Part shown: positions 1-7,295 of the stretch, piece by piece
Layout of the letters: the number at the start of each line of letters is the position of its first letter
Position numbering within the stretch: the first letter of the stretch is position 1
Source of the DNA: a virus
Taxonomy: Duplodnaviria; Heunggongvirae; Uroviricota; Caudoviricetes
IMG/VR virus record: IMGVR_UViG_2802429248_000008
Coordinates: 1 to 26,841 of that record
Length of the DNA stretch: 26,841 nucleotides
Strand: one strand, 5' to 3'
Notes under the pieces: model-generated
Told to the model about the DNA's origin: nothing
Database searches by the model: none
Seen by the model: only the letters and a program-made list of their open reading frames with translations
Translations under genes and position numbers: made by a program

Positions 1-57
1 GATATCCGTTCAGCTTCAGAATAATGCTGTTGATTTTACGGTGACTCAGCGGGAGTG

Positions 58-83
58 AAAAGAAAAAAGGCCGCAGAGCGGCC
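58..83 (-). terminator. Rho-independent terminator-like hairpin closing the int-proximal cargo operon
   Basis: Perfect 6-bp GC stem ggccgc/gcggcc with 3-nt loop at 69-83; on the minus strand it is followed by a TTTTTTCTTTT run (plus-strand A-run 58-68). Lies about 110 bp past the stop of the 193-663 gene. Confidence 0.5.
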
Positions 84-192
84 ATAATTACATTCAAAAA
101 TCAATAAGTTACACAATTATCAATAGCTTACAGACACACAAAAACACAGCCAACCACAGCAAGTAACAGGGATGTGGTCACTTTGTGGATCA

Positions 193-663
193 TCAGCCAA
201 CAAATTTAGCAACAAAATACGCGACCGCCGCCGTGAAAATGGTTGTGCACACTGGCACAATAATGCCACTCCAACGCCACTTCGTATTATCATCAACCTT
301 GTCAAACCGCCGATTCATCTCATCCATAATCTTGTCAAAGCGTTTATCCATCGCTTCGGTAAGCTCACCCTTCAGGCTGTTAATGTCTGATTTGAGCTGC
401 TCTTTCAGGTTAGCTGTATCAGATTTAAGCTCACCTTTCAGATTCGCAATATCGCATTTAAGCTCACCTTTCAGATTCGCAATATCGCATTCAAGATCAC
501 CTTTCAGATGTGCTATGTCTGCTTTGAGTTCACCTTTCACCTCACCAACATCGGCTTTAGTTGAGAGGTTTGTAGTGCGTTCAGCAAGTGTCGCAAGGTC
601 GTTTCTTGTTAGCGATAAATCACCTTCGAGCCGCTCAATTCGCCTTTCAAGTTTATCTGACAT
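193..663 (-). CDS. Coiled-coil protein with tandem 11-residue repeats and a C-terminal hydrophobic anchor
   Basis: ORF track 193..756 (minus). ATG at 663-661 (MSDKLERR...) follows GGAGG on the minus strand; the track's GTG at 756 gives a longer alternative. Repeats of the form DIANLKGELK; C-terminus IIVPVCTTIFTAAVAYFVAKFVG looks like a single TM helix. Confidence 0.55.
   Translation of the reverse strand: MSDKLERRIERLEGDLSLTRNDLATLAERTTNLSTKADVGEVKGELKADIAHLKGDLECDIANLKGELKCDIANLKGELKSDTANLKEQLKSDINSLKGELTEAMDKRFDKIMDEMNRRFDKVDDNTKWRWSGIIVPVCTTIFTAAVAYFVAKFVG
358..555. repeat. Six tandem 33-bp units inside the 193-663 CDS; units at 424-456 and 457-489 are identical
   Basis: Direct reading: tttaagctcacctttcagattcgcaatatcgca occurs twice back to back, flanked by four diverged 33-bp copies. 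In frame, encoding the 11-aa repeats. Confidence 0.85.
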
Positions 664-756
664 TCCGCCTCCATTATCACCGCCTCCCTCACCGAAAGAG
701 TTGCCAATGTCCTCACGAATAAGGGTTATGCCATGCTCACTTTTAGCATACGCCAC

Positions 757-1155
757 TCAGATTCCCTCCCAAACTATATATCCTTTGTCTCTTGCCCAAC
801 AAACAACTGTGTGGGCTGTATATGTGGATGTGAAGCCGCAATAAGAACATGACACTTCATACCGAGTATTGTAGATGTTAATGGGCTCGTTCTCCTTGTG
901 TATGGGAGTGACATATTCCCAATCATTCGAATCATCATAATCATCAAGCTCAGGGTCTGTGCCGTGAACAACCGTATGTGGAATAAACAAATCTGGGCGC
1001 CCACACGAGAGACAAGAGGTTCTGGCATCTCTATCTTTGAGGAATTGAATAAATAATTTGGGCGAAATCTGTTGCAGAACCTGCAAATGCCCACGTTCAT
1101 TATCATTAAGAGACCTGTCTGCATATGGAAAATCATCAAATTTAAGAGGCTTCAT
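757..1155 (-). CDS. Hypothetical zinc-ribbon-like protein, AT-rich cargo gene
   Basis: ORF track 757..1170 (minus). Preferred ATG at 1155-1153 (MKPLKF...) with GGAG about 9 nt upstream; overlaps the integrase stop by about 14 nt. Two CxxC pairs (CLSCG, CSYCG). Stop TGA is directly followed by the GTG of the next ORF. Confidence 0.5.
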   Translation of the reverse strand: MKPLKFDDFPYADRSLNDNERGHLQVLQQISPKLFIQFLKDRDARTSCLSCGRPDLFIPHTVVHGTDPELDDYDDSNDWEYVTPIHKENEPINIYNTRYEVSCSYCGFTSTYTAHTVVCWARDKGYIVWEGI

Positions 1156-2134
1156 ATAAGGCATCTCCAAGGGGATTAAATCTCACCGCATCCTGCAAGT
1201 AATCCGGCGCAAGATGGGCATAAATCATCGTTGTCTGAATCTTTGCGTGCCCCAGAATTTTCTGGAGCGTCAGAATATTGCCGCCGTTCATCATGAAATG
1301 ACTGGCGAAGGTGTGGCGCAGCGCATGAACAGCCTGGCCGTCGGGAACATCAGATGCGACCGTTTTGATGACATCGCGAACCAATGGATAATCCAGCGTC
1401 GGAAACACCAGTTTCCCGCCCCGTATTTTGATCTTTTCAAACAGGCTTTCAGAAATAGGAACGGTACGGTTTTTGCTGTTCTTCGTTTTTGAAAAAGTGA
1501 TTCGACAATGAAGAACACGGCGCTGCTCCAGTGCCGCTACCTCGCCCCATCGCGCCCCGGTCGACAGAAGGATTTCGACAGCCAGCCGTTCATCGGGATT
1601 TTCAGCCAGTGCATCCAGCAACTGAACACATTCAGACTTACTCAGATATCCCATTTCGCGCTCGTTAACCTTCATTCCTTTAAGGCCTTGAACGGGGTTA
1701 TCGTTAAGAAAATGGCCGGATGAGATGAGTGCGGTAAACATCGCGCTTAACGCCCCAATCTCTCGATTTATGGTGCTGGGCTGTATCCCCTGCTCTATCC
1801 TGGACACACGTAGCTCGGTGAGCATCGTTGTATTAAGTTTATGCACGCACGGGTCATCCATTGCCTCACTCAAGCGCAGCAATTTAAGGCGCGTGTTATG
1901 CCCTGACTTCATTAGCTGGCCGTGGTATTTCCACCACAAGTCAATAAGCACTGACAGCGGACGGCGATCAATGGAGTTTCCTTTCCACTCATTGTTATGC
2001 TGTTGCGCCAGCACCCACCGCTCATATAAAACTGCATCCGATTTCGTTTTAAATTTTTTACGAATGCGTTTGCCTTTACGCCCCTCCGGGCGCATGTCAA
2101 GAAGATACCCTCCCGGAATTGATTTTATGCTCAT
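1142..2134 (-). CDS. int: Tyrosine site-specific integrase, P2 Int family
   Basis: ORF track 1142..2284; start set at ATG 2134-2132 (MSIKSIPGGYLLDMRPEGRKGKRIRKKF...), which resembles the P2 Int N-terminus as recalled. C-terminal catalytic box HALRHTFASHF ... IQTTMIYAHL. Sits downstream of and co-directional with the repressor. Confidence 0.9.
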   Translation of the reverse strand: MSIKSIPGGYLLDMRPEGRKGKRIRKKFKTKSDAVLYERWVLAQQHNNEWKGNSIDRRPLSVLIDLWWKYHGQLMKSGHNTRLKLLRLSEAMDDPCVHKLNTTMLTELRVSRIEQGIQPSTINREIGALSAMFTALISSGHFLNDNPVQGLKGMKVNEREMGYLSKSECVQLLDALAENPDERLAVEILLSTGARWGEVAALEQRRVLHCRITFSKTKNSKNRTVPISESLFEKIKIRGGKLVFPTLDYPLVRDVIKTVASDVPDGQAVHALRHTFASHFMMNGGNILTLQKILGHAKIQTTMIYAHLAPDYLQDAVRFNPLGDALYEAS

Positions 2135-2183
2135 TCGTGAAACCCCAGCGTTACAAGACCACCATGCCCCCAGCGCTCCATGA

Positions 2184-2492
2184 TTAGCCGGGCTGTGTGC
2201 CAGTCTTGCGGGGTTTTTGAGAAGGCGATGTGCTTTTTGGCCCATCAGGGGAGAGAGACGGACTGATCTGCCCAGCAGCCTCATTTGTTTTTCCCGTCAT
2301 AAGCCAATTCATGTACTTAAAAAAGCGAGGGTGATTAACAATCTTGATAAGCACTTCGCCCCCTATGTTTTCAATCCGCCCCGTTTCATAACGACGCAAA
2401 GTGCCGATAGGCACATCAATCAGGCCGCAAAATTCTTCGCGCGTTAAATCCTCTGATTCACGAATCACTCTAATTTTTTCACCGATAAGCAT
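2184..2492 (-). CDS. C: Immunity repressor, XRE/Cro-C1-type HTH (P2 C-like)
   Basis: ORF track 2184..2528; ATG at 2492-2490 (MLIGEKIRVIRESEDLTREEFCGLIDVPIGTLRRYETG). HTH near the N-terminus, about 100 aa, divergent from a cox-like gene and just upstream of int, as in P2. Confidence 0.75.
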   Translation of the reverse strand: MLIGEKIRVIRESEDLTREEFCGLIDVPIGTLRRYETGRIENIGGEVLIKIVNHPRFFKYMNWLMTGKTNEAAGQISPSLSPDGPKSTSPSQKPRKTGTQPG

Positions 2493-2496
2493 TGAC

Positions 2497-2550
2497 AGTG
2501 TTCCTATAAGTACACTAAGCTTGCGCACAAGGTGTACTTATAAGTACACC
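2497..2550. promoter_or_regulatory. Immunity-switch operator: 20-bp perfect palindrome plus a degenerate upstream copy
   Basis: ggtgtacttataagtacacc at 2531-2550 is its own reverse complement. agtgttcctataagtacact at 2497-2516 matches it at 16 of 20 positions, centre-to-centre about 34 bp. A TTGACA hexamer sits at 2492-2497. Located between the divergent C and cox-like starts. Confidence 0.6.
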
Positions 2551-2588
2551 AAGTCACAAACAACCACAGATAGCGCAGGTTATCACAC

Positions 2589-2867
2589 ATGGCAAAAGTC
2601 CTGAACACACACGAACAGGCAGACTTTGAGCGTTTAGCAGCGTTCTATCCCTACCGCGATGAGCATGGGTTACCAGTACTTGAAGAAAGCCTGAAAGATT
2701 ACGCAAAGCGTACCAACCAAGCTGTTAACACAGTGAAAAGACAGGCTGACAGAGGTTCAATTCCCATCAACCAGGATGAAAAGAACTCAAGACGCACAGT
2801 AAATCTCTTCGCTCTTTTCCTGAAAACAATCAGGAGCGCAGAAAAATACGTGCAGATGACAAAATAA
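2589..2867 (+). CDS. Cox/Apl-like early regulator or excisionase (call by position only)
   Basis: 92-aa ORF, first gene of the rightward early operon, divergent from the repressor across the operator. No recognisable motif, so the call rests on synteny with P2 cox. Confidence 0.45.
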   Translation: MAKVLNTHEQADFERLAAFYPYRDEHGLPVLEESLKDYAKRTNQAVNTVKRQADRGSIPINQDEKNSRRTVNLFALFLKTIRSAEKYVQMTK

Positions 2868-2881
2868 CGAGGTGTCATTTT

Positions 2882-3220
2882 ATGCTGAAGCAACGCCGTA
2901 ATTTTCGTACCGGAACAGAACGCCACGCTAACCGTTTCACTACCAGTGCATCACGCAGCAACATCCGCTACAGCCTGAGTGATACACACGCAACGCCGGA
3001 TGGCTACCCAGTAAAACAAATCGGCGAGCACGCCTGGCTGATTGAGAAAGCTGGAATCGTGATCCACAAATGCCCACGCAATCCGTTTACCGGAAACCGC
3101 ATTTTTGCATTGAGCTGCGGCGACAATCAATTCGGGCAGGATTTCACATTATACGAAGCACTTCGCACGGTTGATCGTCTGCTTCGTGGGCAAAGTTTTA
3201 TTAAACAGGCTGATTTATAA
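2882..3220 (+). CDS. Hypothetical early protein
   Basis: 112-aa ORF, ATG 2882 preceded by GAGG; follows the cox-like gene by 14 nt. Confidence 0.5.
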   Translation: MLKQRRNFRTGTERHANRFTTSASRSNIRYSLSDTHATPDGYPVKQIGEHAWLIEKAGIVIHKCPRNPFTGNRIFALSCGDNQFGQDFTLYEALRTVDRLLRGQSFIKQADL

Positions 3221-3230
3221 CAGGTGCTTT

Positions 3231-3509
3231 ATGACCAAAGAGCATGCACAAGGTGTATTTATCCGTTTTATTGATTTTCGCGGTGAACTGTTATTACGCG
3301 CATCAGCCATTGACGGAGTTGTTCCATCCGAAAAAAACGCAGCTACTTACGTTTATCTGAACGGTACGCGCCTGACTGTGGAGCTTCCGTACCAGACCGT
3401 ACGAGAAATCATTAGCGAAGCTGAAAAGGCACGTCAGGTTAATGGCGATGAACCATATATCGAAATTATTTGTATGGATTCAGAAGCTGAAATCCAGAAG
3501 GCAGATTAA
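3231..3509 (+). CDS. Hypothetical early protein
   Basis: ATG 3231 preceded by AGGTG, in frame with track ORF 3171..3509; 92 aa. Confidence 0.5.
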   Translation: MTKEHAQGVFIRFIDFRGELLLRASAIDGVVPSEKNAATYVYLNGTRLTVELPYQTVREIISEAEKARQVNGDEPYIEIICMDSEAEIQKAD

Positions 3510-3519
3510 AGGGTGTGCG

Positions 3520-3762
3520 ATGGACAAAGAATATAAAGCTCTTGTCAATAAAGCACTTGAGCGTTTTTATTTTCGCCTAAACACATCAGGGGCCCAGGCA
3601 GAACACGCAGCCCATGATTCATTAGCAAGGGCAATCAGAAGCCTTTATGACGTGGCTTTTTACGCTGACGATTTGGATGCAATTAACGAACTTTCCGAAC
3701 TCATCTGTGCTGCAGAATGCGGAGAACACATTGAACCGTATAAACTGGGGAATATCGTATGA
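3520..3762 (+). CDS. Hypothetical early protein
   Basis: ATG 3520 preceded by GGGTG, in frame with track ORF 3442..3762; 80 aa. Confidence 0.5.
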   Translation: MDKEYKALVNKALERFYFRLNTSGAQAEHAAHDSLARAIRSLYDVAFYADDLDAINELSELICAAECGEHIEPYKLGNIV

Positions 3763-3896
3763 GCATATTTATGTCATGGCTTGTTCTGATTATTTCGGTG
3801 TTCTGCGCTATTGGCATTATGCGAATTATTCATTCAGTGAAAAAGATTGAGCGTTTTTCTCTGACGAATAACAGCACAAATAAAACACCAGATTAA
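3759..3896 (+). CDS. Small hydrophobic protein (45 aa, one predicted TM helix)
   Basis: Below the ORF-track size cutoff. ATG 3759 overlaps the upstream stop (ATGA). Translation MSIFMSWLVLIISVFCAIGIMRIIHSVKK... with stop TAA at 3894-3896. Confidence 0.3.
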   Translation: MSIFMSWLVLIISVFCAIGIMRIIHSVKKIERFSLTNNSTNKTPD

Positions 3897-3964
3897 ATAA
3901 GAAAACGTGAAAACCATCCGAATTAGCGGAGGCATTCACACACGTAAACAACGGAGATACAAAA

Positions 3965-4375
3965 ATGAACGCAAAAGAAAAAGGCATTGTAACTGCGCTA
4001 AAAAATATATCGAAGACCGCAAACAGAGCCATTCAGGATGCAACAAATGCAGGAATGATTGGGCCTGCCACCACGGCCATGATGATAGCAAGAGTAACCG
4101 CCGAAGCAGCCGAAATTATCGAAAAACAGGATGCTGAACTAACGGTTCTCAGAACACAACCAGTCACCGGACTGGATTTGTCTAACACCGGACGCCTTAT
4201 TTACACAATTGGCTCGGAGCTACAGCAATACACCATTATCGCCGGATTACAGGATAAATACCTGATCACTCCTCACCCCATAAGGGAATCAGAAATTCTG
4301 ACAAATCTCCGCCTGATAGAGCGTTCTCACGTCGCATTCATTGATGACGCACAGCGCACCGTATTTAACGCATAG
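3965..4375 (+). CDS. Hypothetical early protein
   Basis: 136-aa ORF, ATG 3965 preceded by GGAGA. Confidence 0.55.
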   Translation: MNAKEKGIVTALKNISKTANRAIQDATNAGMIGPATTAMMIARVTAEAAEIIEKQDAELTVLRTQPVTGLDLSNTGRLIYTIGSELQQYTIIAGLQDKYLITPHPIRESEILTNLRLIERSHVAFIDDAQRTVFNA

Positions 4376-4398
4376 GGTTACTGGACAAAGGGGGCGCA

Positions 4399-4602
4399 AT
4401 GGCAATTAAGCGATTTACCGTCGTTCGTTTCACTTCCAGAGGACGTGAATACGAAGTTGACGAACGGCTGATTAAAACGCTCGACCGTCACCGTTCGCAA
4501 CCTGACGCGCATCACATTTATCTCACTGACGACACTTACTTCTGCGCCACCAACGTGGTGCAGGTGAACCTTATCCGACAGGTACAGGAGTCACGCAGAT
4601 GA
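4399..4602 (+). CDS. Hypothetical small protein
   Basis: 67-aa ORF, ATG 4399 preceded by AAAGGGGG; stop overlaps the next start (ATGA). Confidence 0.5.
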   Translation: MAIKRFTVVRFTSRGREYEVDERLIKTLDRHRSQPDAHHIYLTDDTYFCATNVVQVNLIRQVQESRR

Positions 4603-4844
4603 CCATTCTGGACTACATCGCCGCCAATCCGGGTTGTAGCGGCGGAGAAATCGCCGCAGCACTGAATACCCCAACCACAGCCATTAATGCTGAGTTACGC
4701 CGACTCTGGCGCGACGGCTTAGTCATCAGAGAAGAACGCAAAACAGGCGGTCGGTTCTCTTACCAGGTAAACCCGATGCCGTTCGGGTGTGGCAATCCAC
4801 TTACTCACATGTTTAACCAGCTACTGAAGGAAGCCAGAGCATGA
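4599..4844 (+). CDS. Small winged-helix-like DNA-binding protein
   Basis: 81 aa; N-terminal MTILDYIAANPGCSGGEIAAALNTPTTAINAELRRLWRDGLV has an HTH-like pattern. Coupled by ATGA overlaps on both sides. Confidence 0.5.
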   Translation: MTILDYIAANPGCSGGEIAAALNTPTTAINAELRRLWRDGLVIREERKTGGRFSYQVNPMPFGCGNPLTHMFNQLLKEARA

Positions 4845-5140
4845 GCACCATCAACCACCAGGAACTACGCGAACTGGCGACTGACCTGCAACGAATGGCA
4901 ACGCATCAAAAATTACTGGCGTTTCGCGCAATGCTCTCGCCATCTTCCGTGCTGGCACTGCTGGATGAGCTGGAGCACGCCAGAACCATGGCTCCAGCCA
5001 TTCGCCTGACGCTCCATCATGAAATCGCTGATTTCTGCGCACCACTGGGTTCGCCTGGTGAACCAGAAACGCCGGAAGCAATGCAACGAGAGCTACTGCA
5101 ACGCATCGACAAGGTTTTTGATTTTTTCCTTAACCAGTAA
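4841..5140 (+). CDS. Hypothetical protein
   Basis: 99-aa ORF, ATGA-coupled to the upstream gene. Confidence 0.5.
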   Translation: MSTINHQELRELATDLQRMATHQKLLAFRAMLSPSSVLALLDELEHARTMAPAIRLTLHHEIADFCAPLGSPGEPETPEAMQRELLQRIDKVFDFFLNQ

Positions 5141-5151
5141 AGGACCGCGAT

Positions 5152-5355
5152 ATGAACAAAAAGACCTGGTTTCGCGCATACATGTGGGCGCTGGTATGCG
5201 TCCTCGTTTCTCTCATTCTGTATGCAGGACTACTCCCCCGAATGATTTCATCAGACAGCTCCTTCCTGGTATTGCTGGGCATTTTCATTGCCATGCTGTA
5301 CCCGGCAGGCGTTGTTCGCCTTTTCAGTAAGTACATCAAGGAAATCAAACAATGA
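5152..5355 (+). CDS. Small two-TM membrane protein, partner of the SPFH protein
   Basis: 67 aa with two hydrophobic segments (WALVCVLVSLILYAGLL and FLVLLGIFIAMLYPAGVV); AAAGGA RBS; stop overlaps the SPFH gene start (ATGA). Confidence 0.55.
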   Translation: MNKKTWFRAYMWALVCVLVSLILYAGLLPRMISSDSSFLVLLGIFIAMLYPAGVVRLFSKYIKEIKQ

Positions 5356-6182
5356 AGAAATTCAAACTCTTTCAGATTCTCCCGCTTTTTGCCGCCATCC
5401 TGCTGGTTGGCTGCGATCGCGTTGAGCCAGGTAATGTGGGCATCAAAGTCAACAAGCTGGGCGACGACAAAGGCGTTGGCGAAGTGGTTGGCGTTGGCCG
5501 CTACTGGACTGGCTGGAATACAGAGGTTTACATCTTCCCGACCTTCAAACAAATGAAGACCTACGATGAGCCGTTCAGCTTCCAGATGAGTGACGGCACA
5601 ACCATCGGCTATCACATCGGCGTGGCTTACAAGGTTGATCCATCCAAAGTTACCACAGTGTTTCAGACCTACCGCAAAGGCGTGGATGACATTACCGACA
5701 CTGACCTGCGCCAGAAGATCGCCGATGCACTCAACCGACTGGCCAGCAAAATGACCACCGATAAGTTTATCGACGGCGGTAAGTCTGAACTGCTGGATTC
5801 AGCACTTAAAGATATTCAGGAAGAGATGACCCCCATCGGCATTCAGGTCATGAGCCTCTCTTATGTCGGCAAACCGGAATATCCGCCAACCGTTATCGAC
5901 AGCATTAACGCCAAAGTCACGGCAAACCAGAAAACCCTGCAACGCGAACAGGAAGTCAAGCAACGCGAAGCTGAAGCCAACATGCTGCGCGCAGAAGCTG
6001 CCGGACAGGCCGATGCCATTCGCACAAAAGCCCAGGCTGAAGCCGACGCCATTCGTTTACGCGGCGAAGCTCTGCGCCAGAATCCCGGCGTCATGGAGCT
6101 GGAAGCGATTAACAAATGGAACGGCACGCTGCCGCAATACATGACCAGTAACACCGCTGTTCCGTTCGTTCCCGTGAAGTAA
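5352..6182 (+). CDS. SPFH/band-7 (prohibitin/HflKC-like) domain lipoprotein
   Basis: 276 aa; lipoprotein signal with lipobox LLVGC; band-7-like core followed by an Ala/Glu/Gln/Arg-rich coiled-coil (EQEVKQREAEANMLRAEAAGQADAIRTKAQAEADAIRLRGEALRQNP), the usual SPFH architecture. Confidence 0.8.
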   Translation: MKKFKLFQILPLFAAILLVGCDRVEPGNVGIKVNKLGDDKGVGEVVGVGRYWTGWNTEVYIFPTFKQMKTYDEPFSFQMSDGTTIGYHIGVAYKVDPSKVTTVFQTYRKGVDDITDTDLRQKIADALNRLASKMTTDKFIDGGKSELLDSALKDIQEEMTPIGIQVMSLSYVGKPEYPPTVIDSINAKVTANQKTLQREQEVKQREAEANMLRAEAAGQADAIRTKAQAEADAIRLRGEALRQNPGVMELEAINKWNGTLPQYMTSNTAVPFVPVK

Positions 6183-6237
6183 TGACACCCGGCCAGTGAA
6201 ACCGCTGGCCAATAAACAAAAAGCCAGAGGACAGAAC

Positions 6238-6384
6238 ATGCACAAAGCCTTTGAACGATGGATGCGTCAGCGTTACGGCAACCGCTACGACCTGACAAGA
6301 GATGCCGATGGCTACTACTGCCGCGAAATTGTGAAACGAATGTTTGAAGTGTGGTGCCACCACCGCGGTTTATACGCCGTGTAA
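6238..6384 (+). CDS. Hypothetical small protein (48 aa)
   Basis: ATG 6238 with GAGGA 7 nt upstream; the track's GTG 6196 start lies inside the hairpin ggccag...ctggcc at 6191-6210. Confidence 0.4.
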   Translation: MHKAFERWMRQRYGNRYDLTRDADGYYCREIVKRMFEVWCHHRGLYAV

Positions 6385-6411
6385 AGCACCACCGCTAACG
6401 AGGTAAAAAAT

Positions 6412-6972
6412 ATGCATAACTTCAAACTCAAACCAATGGGTACACCTGGTGTGGCTCCGGCACATGTAAAACCATGGACACAACAGGAAGATGAAATGCT
6501 TATCTCGCTTTATCCGGAGTGCAACACGCGCCAGATAACCGAACAAATTCAACGAACCCATGACGCAGTTATGCACCGACTTAGTTTTTTACGTGATCGT
6601 GGATTGATTGGTCGCAAGAAAAAGACTCTGAGTGCAAAGGAGATCGCCTTTCTCATTGAAAACCGCCACACCAGAACGGCGCAGGAACTGGCCGCCGAGG
6701 TGGGATGCACCCATCGCACCGTACAAGCGCACCTGAATAAACGTGGTTATAGCCTGCGAAAATGCGGAGAACTCCACCACCTGACCAGATACAGCGATCA
6801 CCTGGTGGAACTGGTGACTGAACTACGTGATGAGCAGCACATGACGTTCGCCATGATAGCAAAACACATTAATCACACACTGCAAATAAAAGTCACCACT
6901 CGTACAGCACGTTTTCTTTACGGTCGCCGCACCGCCGCCGACGCCGTGCTGTACGAGCTATTACCAAACTGA
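6412..6972 (+). CDS. Putative DNA-binding protein with three HTH-like repeats
   Basis: 186 aa, ATG 6412 preceded by GAGGT. Three segments of similar pattern (WTQQEDEMLISLYPECNTRQITEQIQRTHDAV; SAKEIAFLIENRHTRTAQELAAEVGCTHRTVQAHL; HLVELVTELRDEQHMTFAMIAKHINHTL). Function inferred from pattern only. Confidence 0.5.
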   Translation: MHNFKLKPMGTPGVAPAHVKPWTQQEDEMLISLYPECNTRQITEQIQRTHDAVMHRLSFLRDRGLIGRKKKTLSAKEIAFLIENRHTRTAQELAAEVGCTHRTVQAHLNKRGYSLRKCGELHHLTRYSDHLVELVTELRDEQHMTFAMIAKHINHTLQIKVTTRTARFLYGRRTAADAVLYELLPN

Positions 6973-7086
6973 GTAATCATCATGCACACACAAAAAAACC
7001 GCTTGCCATGCCGCAATCAGTCAGGTTACATTTCCGCTGCACCTCATAAAACGGGTGCCGGGATTCTCAACCTGCTGACAAACGAA

Positions 7087-7118
7087 GCGCACAACCGCGC
7101 CAGCGGTTTTTTTGTGCG
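7087..7118 (+). terminator. Terminator-like hairpin with a 7-T run
   Basis: Inner stem ccgc/gcgg (7095-7106) followed by TTTTTTT (7107-7113); outer arms cgcacaa/ttgtgcg (7088-7094 and 7112-7118). About 115 bp past the 6412-6972 gene. Confidence 0.45.
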
Positions 7119-7168
7119 TACTGTATTGCCACGTCTTTTTCGCATCAGAATTATGGTGGGGCGTACGG

Positions 7169-7200
7169 GGCCGACTTCGGTCGGGCCGGTTTCTTCGTTT
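7169..7200 (+). terminator. Second terminator-like hairpin with UUCG loop and U-rich tail
   Basis: ggccgac-ttcg-gtcgggcc at 7169-7187, then ggtttcttcgttt. Preceded by TTGCCA (7126-7131), a 17-nt spacer and AATTAT (7149-7154), a plausible promoter. Confidence 0.45.
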
Positions 7201-7295
7201 GCCGGTGTTGAGAACCCCGTACGTCTCGCCACCCCGAGATTCTCAACTCTGGTTGGTGAGTATCCAAAAACTCACAAACGAAGAGGCCAAACACC

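Noticed and set aside
1-192. Possible tRNA gene or attL core at the left edge
   Set aside because: No tRNA-like cloverleaf or recognisable P2 att core could be identified by eye; only the terminator hairpin at 58-83 is supported. The prophage boundary cannot be placed from this window alone.
358-555. Tandem repeats as a possible CRISPR array
   Set aside because: Units are contiguous with no spacers, 33 bp long, in frame within a CDS, and diverge gradually; this is a coding tandem repeat, not repeat-spacer architecture.
185-844. Plus-strand ORF of 219 aa overlapping the repeat-containing gene
   Set aside because: Ser/Pro/Leu-rich low-complexity translation generated by the tandem repeats; lies antisense to the minus-strand gene that has RBS-supported starts and operon context with int.
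5861-6298. 145-aa minus-strand ORF opposite the SPFH gene
   Set aside because: Antisense to the coiled-coil region of the SPFH protein, where Ala/Arg-rich repeats produce long open frames on both strands.
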